DNA of 64,000 nucleotides from an uncultured Flavobacteriales bacterium (GTDB lineage Bacteria > Bacteroidota > Bacteroidia > Flavobacteriales > BACL11): the NCBI GenBank assembly GCA_964004625.1, contig CAXFOB010000039.1:84087-148086 (forward strand), in the 5' to 3' direction. The position numbers were made by a program, and so were the translations under genes. Within the stretch, counting starts at the first letter, position 1; every line of letters begins with the position of its first letter. The notes under the pieces were generated by a model that was given only the letters and a program-made list of their open reading frames with translations, searched no databases and was not told the DNA's origin. Below, in pieces: positions 56,970 to 64,000 of this stretch.

Positions 56970-59345
56970 ATGATAAAAATTTCAGACATTATTCTTAAAG
57001 GAAGATTTGTTATAATCTTTTTATTAATTGCATTAACAGTAATAATGTATCAATTTTCTTTAGGTGTAAAGATGTCTTACACTCATCCTAAAATTCTTCC
57101 TGCAGATAATCAAATCCAACTAGATTTTAATGAGTTTAAATCTGAGTTTGGAGAGAGTATAAATACAATGGTTATTGCGGTGCAAGATGTTGAGTTCTTT
57201 ACAAAAGAACATCTATATGCATGGCATAAATTTGGATTAGAAATACAAAATCTTGAAGGAGTAAAAGCTGTTTTAAATATTACTCAACTTCCTATTCTAG
57301 ATATCGATTCTACAAAAAAGAAATTTACCTCAACAAAATGGTATAGTTCAGAACTATCTTCTATACAAATAGACTCTGCTAGAAAAGTTTTTCAGAATCA
57401 GAAGATATATGAGGGGATGCTCTATAATAAAGAAGTATATTCTGCTTTAATGTTAGTTGATATAGAAAAAGAACTCCTGGCTTCTCCTGAAAGGAAAATA
57501 TTAATAGATGAAATTGTAGAAGCAGGTGAAAACTATAGTAAAACATTAAATTTGGATGTAAGATATTCTGGAATGCCTTATTTAAGAACAATAGATTCGT
57601 TAAAGATTAAAGATGAGATATCAGTATTTATTTTGCTTACCCTGTTGATTACATCTTTAATATTGTTTCTGTTTTTCCGATCATTTAAGGCGACAATAGT
57701 ATCTATAATAGTTGTAATTTTAGGAGTAATGTTCTCTTTTGGGATTATGGGGTATTTAGGATATAATGTTACTATTTTGACAGCCTTAGTTCCTCCCGTA
57801 ATCATTGTAATAGGTATCCCTAATTGTATTTTTTTGATTAATAAATACCATACTGAATTTAGGAAGAATAAAGATAAAGATAAATCTTTACATTTAATGA
57901 TTAGTAAAATTGGAAACATAACTTTACTTACTAATCTTACAACAGCCTCTGGTTTTGCAGCTTTCTTACTAACCAAAAGCGAAACCTTACAAGAATTTGG
58001 ATTAGTTGCGTCTGTAAGTATTTTATTTATTTTTATTATCTCAATTTTATTAATTCCTATTTGGTTTTCCTTTTTCCCGGAACCAAAATTTCGTCATACC
58101 AAGCATTTAGATAAGAAATGGGTAAGGTCAGTTGTTGACATTTTGTCTGACTGGGTAAGAAATAAAAGAAATGTTATTTATATCGTTTCATCTGTACTGA
58201 CAGTTGCAGGTTGTATTGGATTATCTTTAGTTGAAACTACTGGAAATATTACAGATGATCTTTCAAGAGATGGAGATTTATATACGGATTTACAGTTTTT
58301 TGAAGAGAATTTTGGAGGAGTTATGCCTCTTGAAATTATTATAGATACAAAAGATACAAATGGTATAAATAATTCGTCATTTATGCTCAAGGTTCAGAAT
58401 TTACAAGATGAATTAGAAAAATATGAAGAGTTTTCTCAGCCTTTGTCTTATATTGAATTTGTTAAATATGCGAATCAGGCATATAAAGATGATGGTCCAA
58501 AATATTATACTCTACCTCAAAAAATGATATTACCTAGGTTAAAATCTATGTTAGATAGGTCTGAAGAAATAAATAGTTTTGATTTAATGCTTACAGATTC
58601 TATTGGTTCAAAATGTAGAATATCTTTAAGAATGAATGATTTAGCTACCCCAGAAATGGATACAATTTTAAGTGAATTACAACCAAAAATTGATTCTATT
58701 TTTTATCCAGAGGAGTATGATGTAAGTGTTACAGGATTTAGTAGAGTTTTTTTAGAAGGAACAAAGTTTTTGGTTGGTAATTTAGTTTATAGTTTGTTGT
58801 TAGTTATTTTACTGATTTCGATTTTTATGGCTTGGATGTTCCGTTCTTTCAGGATGGTAATTGTTTCTTTAATTCCGAACCTAATACCTTTGTTATTGAC
58901 TTCATCTATAATGGGATATTTTTCTATTCCTATTAAGCCGTCAACCATTTTGGTGTTTAGTATTGCATTTGGTATCTCCGTAGATGATACTATTCACTTT
59001 TTGGCGAAATACAGACAGGAGTTACTGGGAAGTAATTGGAATATTAGAAAATCTGTTTTTAAGGCACTAGAAGAAACGGGTGTAAGTATGGTATATACTT
59101 CTATTGTGTTATTTTTCGGATTTTTTGTATTTGTTGCGTCTGACTTTGGAGGAACAGTTGCTTTAGGATTATTAGTTTCTATAACACTTTTCTTTGCAAT
59201 GTTGTCAAATTTATTACTTTTACCAGCCTTATTACTTACTCTAGAAAGAATAATAACAACAAAATCCTTTAAAGAACCTCTAATAGATATATTTGATGAG
59301 GAAGAAGATGTTGATTTAGAAACACTAAAACTAAAACAAAAATGA
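56970..59345 (+). CDS. RND-superfamily MMPL/SSD-type transporter (HpnN-like, 791 aa)
   Basis: Two blocks of about six TM segments each, both preceded by a large soluble loop. Motifs such as [12 protein letters not shown] are typical of RND/MMPL permeases. Confidence 0.75.
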   Translation: MIKISDIILKGRFVIIFLLIALTVIMYQFSLGVKMSYTHPKILPADNQIQLDFNEFKSEFGESINTMVIAVQDVEFFTKEHLYAWHKFGLEIQNLEGVKAVLNITQLPILDIDSTKKKFTSTKWYSSELSSIQIDSARKVFQNQKIYEGMLYNKEVYSALMLVDIEKELLASPERKILIDEIVEAGENYSKTLNLDVRYSGMPYLRTIDSLKIKDEISVFILLTLLITSLILFLFFRSFKATIVSIIVVILGVMFSFGIMGYLGYNVTILTALVPPVIIVIGIPNCIFLINKYHTEFRKNKDKDKSLHLMISKIGNITLLTNLTTASGFAAFLLTKSETLQEFGLVASVSILFIFIISILLIPIWFSFFPEPKFRHTKHLDKKWVRSVVDILSDWVRNKRNVIYIVSSVLTVAGCIGLSLVETTGNITDDLSRDGDLYTDLQFFEENFGGVMPLEIIIDTKDTNGINNSSFMLKVQNLQDELEKYEEFSQPLSYIEFVKYANQAYKDDGPKYYTLPQKMILPRLKSMLDRSEEINSFDLMLTDSIGSKCRISLRMNDLATPEMDTILSELQPKIDSIFYPEEYDVSVTGFSRVFLEGTKFLVGNLVYSLLLVILLISIFMAWMFRSFRMVIVSLIPNLIPLLLTSSIMGYFSIPIKPSTILVFSIAFGISVDDTIHFLAKYRQELLGSNWNIRKSVFKALEETGVSMVYTSIVLFFGFFVFVASDFGGTVALGLLVSITLFFAMLSNLLLLPALLLTLERIITTKSFKEPLIDIFDEEEDVDLETLKLKQK

Positions 59346-60199
59346 AAGGAATTATATTAGCAGGAGGGTCTGGAACAAGATTACACCCTCTTACATTATC
59401 CGTGAGTAAACAGTTGATGCCTATCTATGATAAGCCCATGATTTATTATCCCTTAACCACCTTGATGTATTCAGGAATAAATGAGATTTTAATTATATCT
59501 ACTCCTCATGATTTGCCACTATTTAGAAAATTGTTAGGAGATGGAAGTAGAATAGGATGTAATATTGAATACAAAGTGCAAGAAATTCCAAACGGTCTTG
59601 CACAAGCCTTTGTTTTAGGGGAAGACTTTATTGGAGACGATAAAGTATGTTTGATTTTAGGGGACAACATTTTTCAAATGAAAATTAAAATATTATCAGA
59701 TTGTGAGAATGTGGAAGGAGGAATAGTATTTGGTTATCATGTAAATGACCCTGAAAGGTATGGAGTTGTAGAGTTTGATAAAAATTTTAAAGCTATTTCT
59801 CTAGAAGAGAAACCTGATAATCCAAAATCAAATTATGCGGTTCCTGGATTGTACTACTACGATAATTCAGTAGTAAAGATAGCTAAAAATATAACCCCAT
59901 CAGCTAGAGGAGAGTACGAGATTACAGATGTGAATAAGGAGTATTTAAAAAGAGGGAAATTAGATGTCAGAGTTTTAGGAAGAGGATCTGCTTGGTTAGA
60001 TACAGGGACTTTTCAGTCCTTAATGCAAGCTAATCAGTATGTGCAAGTAATTGAAGAAAGACAAGGTAGAAAGATTGGATGTATAGAAGAAGCTGCTTAC
60101 CGAATGGGATATATTGATGAAAAACAGTTATTAGCAATTTCAGAACCTTTACGAAAGAGTGGTTATGGAGAATATCTAGTAAATTTAGTAAAGAAGTAA
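59342..60199 (+). CDS. rfbA: glucose-1-phosphate thymidylyltransferase
   Basis: [54 protein letters not shown]...[10 protein letters not shown]. Confidence 0.92.
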   Translation: MKGIILAGGSGTRLHPLTLSVSKQLMPIYDKPMIYYPLTTLMYSGINEILIISTPHDLPLFRKLLGDGSRIGCNIEYKVQEIPNGLAQAFVLGEDFIGDDKVCLILGDNIFQMKIKILSDCENVEGGIVFGYHVNDPERYGVVEFDKNFKAISLEEKPDNPKSNYAVPGLYYYDNSVVKIAKNITPSARGEYEITDVNKEYLKRGKLDVRVLGRGSAWLDTGTFQSLMQANQYVQVIEERQGRKIGCIEEAAYRMGYIDEKQLLAISEPLRKSGYGEYLVNLVKK

Positions 60200-61164
60200 T
60201 GAGAGTTCTTAAAGATTTACATGAATTAGTAGAGGAAGAGTTGAAGGCAATTAATTTCCCTGTTGACCCTGAGAATTTATACGGTCCTATAAAATATGTT
60301 TTAAATATTGGGGGGAAAAGAATGAGACCTATACTTACATTAATGGCTCATCAACTTTTTAATTGTGACATAAATAAATCTGTAAAACCAGCAATCGCAA
60401 TTGAGATGTTTCATAATTTCACCTTATTGCATGATGATATTATGGACGAGGCTCCTCTTAGAAGAGGAATGAAAACTGTTCACGAGAAATGGGATAGGAA
60501 TACTGCTATACTTTCTGGTGATATAATGTTGGTAAAATCTTACGATTTGTTAATGAGTGTTGAAGATTGTTATTTAAGAGAAATACTAGACACATTTAAT
60601 ACTGCTGCTAAACAAGTCTGTGAAGGTCAGCAATGGGATATGGATTTTGAAAGTAGAGATGATGTTTCAATATCAGAATATTTAAGAATGATTGAGTATA
60701 AAACCTCTATTTTACTAGCTGCCTCTCTAAAAATTGGAGCGATAAATGGTGGTGCGACAACTGAAGAAGCTAATCACATTTACGAGTTTGGTAAGAATAT
60801 GGGAATTGCATTCCAGTTAAAAGATGATTTACTGGATGCTTTTGGAGATCCAGGAAATTTTGGGAAACAGGTAGGAGGAGATATTATTGCAAATAAAAAA
60901 ACCTATTTATATTTGAAATCCTTAGAACTTGCAGATGAAGATCAAAAAACAAATTTGATTCACTATTTTGATAATGATTCAGAAACAGAACATAAGGTAG
61001 AAGCAGTGAAAAAGATCTTTAGTAACTTAGATATTCGGTCACATACAACTACATTGATGAAGACTTATCACAGGCAAGCTTTATCTCATTTAAATGCGGT
61101 TAACTCCAATTATAAAGATCCTTTATATTCATTTTCAGAATTATTACTTGATAGAATTTCCTAA
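60199..61164 (+). CDS. polyprenyl diphosphate synthase family protein (trans-isoprenyl chain elongation)
   Basis: First Asp-rich motif LLHDDIMDE and second motif FQLKDDLLDAFG. GKRMRP motif. Length 321 aa. Confidence 0.88.
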   Translation: MRVLKDLHELVEEELKAINFPVDPENLYGPIKYVLNIGGKRMRPILTLMAHQLFNCDINKSVKPAIAIEMFHNFTLLHDDIMDEAPLRRGMKTVHEKWDRNTAILSGDIMLVKSYDLLMSVEDCYLREILDTFNTAAKQVCEGQQWDMDFESRDDVSISEYLRMIEYKTSILLAASLKIGAINGGATTEEANHIYEFGKNMGIAFQLKDDLLDAFGDPGNFGKQVGGDIIANKKTYLYLKSLELADEDQKTNLIHYFDNDSETEHKVEAVKKIFSNLDIRSHTTTLMKTYHRQALSHLNAVNSNYKDPLYSFSELLLDRIS

Positions 61165-61421
61165 TGGATGTAATAGAATTAGATAACTTTATCAAATTAA
61201 ATAAATTTTTGAATGTAACGGCAAAAAAGAGCTTCAACCTGTTTACAGAACTGAGTTACCTGAAGAAAAGTTAAGAAAAGAAATTTAAAATACTACACTT
61301 TCCTTTATGTAATGTAATCAGAAATGATTATAAAAAGGGAACTATCAAAGGTAATTCTAAAGAATTATTACTCAAACCCTGAAAATCAGTAGTTTTTTCC
61401 GTTTTATGTTAAAAAAATAGA

Positions 61422-61429
61422 TAATTTTG
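61422..61429 (+). promoter_or_regulatory. -7 promoter box for sucA
   Basis: TAATTTTG, with 23 nt between its G and the ATG at 61453. Confidence 0.5.
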
Positions 61430-61452
61430 CCTACTAAATTTAGTAATAAATA

Positions 61453-64000
61453 ATGGATAAGTTTTCCTTTTTAGGAGCCCTACACACAGGATTGATTGAG
61501 GAGATGTATGATAAATATCTGCATGACTCTGAAAGTATAGAGGAGGAGTGGAGACACTTTTTTCAAGGCTTCGATTTTGCAAAAGAGGTTTATACTGAGG
61601 AGGACATTCCCCAAGTTTTTCAAAAAGAATTTAAGGTTATTAATCTTATTGATGCTTATAGAAAGAGTGGACATTTATTTACAAAGACAAACCCAGTAAG
61701 AGAAAGAAGAAAGTATTCCCCTACTTTAGATTATAAAAATTTCGGACTCGAAGAAAGAGACTTAGTTTTAGAGTTTCAGGCAGGAGAACAAGTGGGGATA
61801 GGCCCTTCGACTTTACAAGATATTATAAATCATTTAGAGAGTGTATATTGCCAATCAATTGGTGTAGAATATATGTATATTCGTGACCCACAAGAAATAG
61901 AATGGATTAAAAATAGACTGCATCAAAATTCTAACACACCAAAATTTGACGTGAATCAAAAGAAGCATATTCTTCATAAGTTAAATCAAGCAGTGGCATT
62001 TGAAAATTTTTTACATAAGAAATTTGTAGGTCAAAAACGATTTTCATTGGAAGGAGCGGAATCTTTAATTCCCGCATTAGACGCACTTGTAGAATATAGT
62101 TCTGAACTTGGTGTAGAAGAGTTTGTTGTTGGGATGGCGCACAGAGGAAGATTAAATGTTCTTGCTAATATTTTTAATAAGACCTACAAAGAAATATTCT
62201 CTGAATTTGAAGGTAAGTTATATGAAGATGAAGAAATAGCAGGCGATGTAAAATACCATTTAGGATTTACTTCTATTCAAAAGTGTAATAATGGAAATGA
62301 AATTAAATTAAACTTAACACCTAATCCATCTCACCTAGAGGCTGTAGACCCAGTAGTAGAAGGTATTACAAGAGCAAAAATAGATAAAGAGTATAAGGGA
62401 GATGTAGATAAAATTTTACCTATTCTTTTACATGGAGATGCGGCACTTGCTGGTCAAGGTGTGGTATATGAAGTTATACAAATGGCTCAGTTAGATGGAT
62501 ATAATACTGGAGGAACAATACATATTGCGGTAAATAACCAAGTAGGATTTACAACAAATTATCATGATGCAAGATCGAGTACTTATTGTACGGATGTTGC
62601 TAAAGTTACTTTGTCACCTGTATTACATGTAAATGGAGATGATGTAGAGGCAGTTGTACATGCTCTTCAACTTGCAGTAGAATATAGACAGAAATTCCAT
62701 AAAGATGTATTTATCGATTTATTGTGTTACCGAAAATACGGACATAATGAAGGTGACGAGCCAAGGTTTACTCAACCGCTATTGTATGAAGCAATTTCAA
62801 AACATAAAAATCCAAGAGAGATATATAAGCAGAAATTGATGAATGATGGAGTTGTTGAGGCAAGTATTGTTCAAGAGTTAGAGCAAGATTTTCAGAATTT
62901 ATTACAAGCTAGATTTGATGAAGCAAAGGAAATAGAAAAAGCAAAAATTACTCCTTTCCTAAAAGAAGAATGGAAAGATATAAAAAGAAATTTTGAAGCA
63001 TGTTTTGAACGAACAACAACGAATATTAGTAAGAAAAAACTAAAAGATTTAGCAAAATACTTATATGATGTTCCACAGGCGGATAAACTGTTTAAGAAAA
63101 CAAGAAAGTTGTTGTCTGACAGAAAAAAGATGGTAGAAGAAACTGAAAATTTAGACTGGGCAATGGGGGAACTTCTAGCATACGCATCCTTATTAGATGA
63201 GGGTCATAATGTTCGGTTAAGTGGTCAGGATGTAGAAAGAGGAACCTTTTCTCATAGACATGCTATCTTGAAAGTTGAACATTCTGAGGAAGAGGTTTGT
63301 CCTCTAAATAATATTAGTGACAGTTCAAGTTTCGAAGCCTATAACTCTTTACTTTCAGAATATGGAGTCCTTGGATTTGATTATGGTTTTTCCATGGCTA
63401 GACCAAATGATTTGACCATTTGGGAGGCTCAATTTGGCGATTTTTCTAATGGAGCTCAGATTATGTTAGATCAGTTTATTTCTTGTGCAGAGGATAAATG
63501 GAAAGTGATGAGTGGATTGGTTATGTTGTTGCCACATGGATATGAAGGCCAGGGGGCAGAACACTCTTCTGCCAGATTAGAGAGATATTTGCAGTTATGT
63601 GCTAAAAATAATATGCAGATTGTAAATTGTACTACTCCTGCCAATTTCTATCATGTTTTAAGAAGACAGTTAAAAAGAGATTATAGAAAGCCATTAGTAG
63701 TATTTACTCCCAAGAGTTTATTAAGGCATCCTAAATGTGTTTCAACTATTGCTGATTTAGCCGATGGTAAGTTTGAAGGAATTATTGATGATACAATTGA
63801 TCCAACATTAGTTGATAGATTAGTGCTTTGTAGTGGAAAAATCTATTATGATTTATTGGAAAGGAGAAAGCAAGATACGGCTCATAATGTTGCTATAGTA
63901 AGGATAGAACAATTATTCCCACTAGAAAAAGTATACATAAAAGAACTCGTAGAACAGTATAATGCTGAAGAGGTATTTTGGGTACAAGAAGAACCAGAAA
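61453..64000 (+). CDS. sucA: 2-oxoglutarate dehydrogenase E1 component, N-terminal ~849 aa (gene runs off the right edge)
   Basis: Absent from the ORF track because there is no in-window stop. The ATG at 61453 opens MDKFSFLGALHTGLIEEMYDKYLHDSESIEEEWRHFFQGFDF..., and the frame stays open to 64000. It includes GMAHRGRLNVLAN, LHGDAALAGQGVVYE and RKYGHNEGDEP, which are E1o motifs. Confidence 0.92.
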   Translation, partial: MDKFSFLGALHTGLIEEMYDKYLHDSESIEEEWRHFFQGFDFAKEVYTEEDIPQVFQKEFKVINLIDAYRKSGHLFTKTNPVRERRKYSPTLDYKNFGLEERDLVLEFQAGEQVGIGPSTLQDIINHLESVYCQSIGVEYMYIRDPQEIEWIKNRLHQNSNTPKFDVNQKKHILHKLNQAVAFENFLHKKFVGQKRFSLEGAESLIPALDALVEYSSELGVEEFVVGMAHRGRLNVLANIFNKTYKEIFSEFEGKLYEDEEIAGDVKYHLGFTSIQKCNNGNEIKLNLTPNPSHLEAVDPVVEGITRAKIDKEYKGDVDKILPILLHGDAALAGQGVVYEVIQMAQLDGYNTGGTIHIAVNNQVGFTTNYHDARSSTYCTDVAKVTLSPVLHVNGDDVEAVVHALQLAVEYRQKFHKDVFIDLLCYRKYGHNEGDEPRFTQPLLYEAISKHKNPREIYKQKLMNDGVVEASIVQELEQDFQNLLQARFDEAKEIEKAKITPFLKEEWKDIKRNFEACFERTTTNISKKKLKDLAKYLYDVPQADKLFKKTRKLLSDRKKMVEETENLDWAMGELLAYASLLDEGHNVRLSGQDVERGTFSHRHAILKVEHSEEEVCPLNNISDSSSFEAYNSLLSEYGVLGFDYGFSMARPNDLTIWEAQFGDFSNGAQIMLDQFISCAEDKWKVMSGLVMLLPHGYEGQGAEHSSARLERYLQLCAKNNMQIVNCTTPANFYHVLRRQLKRDYRKPLVVFTPKSLLRHPKCVSTIADLADGKFEGIIDDTIDPTLVDRLVLCSGKIYYDLLERRKQDTAHNVAIVRIEQLFPLEKVYIKELVEQYNAEEVFWVQEEPE

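Noticed and set aside
57578-57976. 132-aa ORF antisense to the MMPL transporter. Similar nested ORFs occur at 17482..17826, 49463..49792, 32126..32440, 50090..50350, 54487..54744, 61480..61674 and elsewhere in the track.
   Set aside because: All are embedded in, and opposite or out of frame to, genes with strong family signatures. They have no independent motifs. I treat them as frame shadows.

Overview
AT-rich chromosomal window (roughly one-third GC by eye, not computed) from a member of Bacteroidota, most likely class Flavobacteriia. Supporting signs are many exact TAnnTTTG -7 promoter boxes, T9SS type-A and type-B C-terminal sorting domains, a PorP/SprF gene, SprB-type repeats and an HU-CCDC81/SPOR protein. 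I call about 62 protein genes plus one tRNA-Ser(GGA). Both edges cut genes that the ORF track misses because they have no in-window stop: aspS on the left (- strand) and sucA on the right (+ strand). Most content is core housekeeping: aspS, tadA, metG, gatC, trpS, hflX, rbfA, dusB, rplM-rpsI, rpsB-tsf, pyrH-frr, gdhA, kbl, kdsB, sucA. Several ORF-track starts are over-extended; I re-set them using signal peptides, family N-termini and promoter boxes. I saw no transposase, integrase, phage gene, CRISPR array, toxin-antitoxin pair or recognisable defence gene, so this looks like a core region, not an accessory island. I did not find a convincing wholly new system. The best leads are: (1) a tyrosine/homogentisate divergon with no maleylacetoacetate isomerase, whose FAH-family gene is tightly coupled to a flavin-reductase-like gene and a sulfotransferase; (2) an exported amidohydrolase pair in which only one of three amidohydrolase-like modules keeps the HxH metal motif; (3) a secreted single-lobe retropepsin-like protease with a duplicated 4-Cys N-terminal module; (4) a stand-alone 2155-aa SprB-repeat type-B T9SS cargo with its own PorP/SprF partner; (5) an ExbB/3-TM/ExbD/ExbD cluster without TonB; (6) an MMPL-rfbA-polyprenyl synthase overlap operon. 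There is also a window-wide architecture of near-leaderless promoters and terminator-less convergent gene overlaps. All functional calls rest on motif and family recognition by eye; no database search was run.
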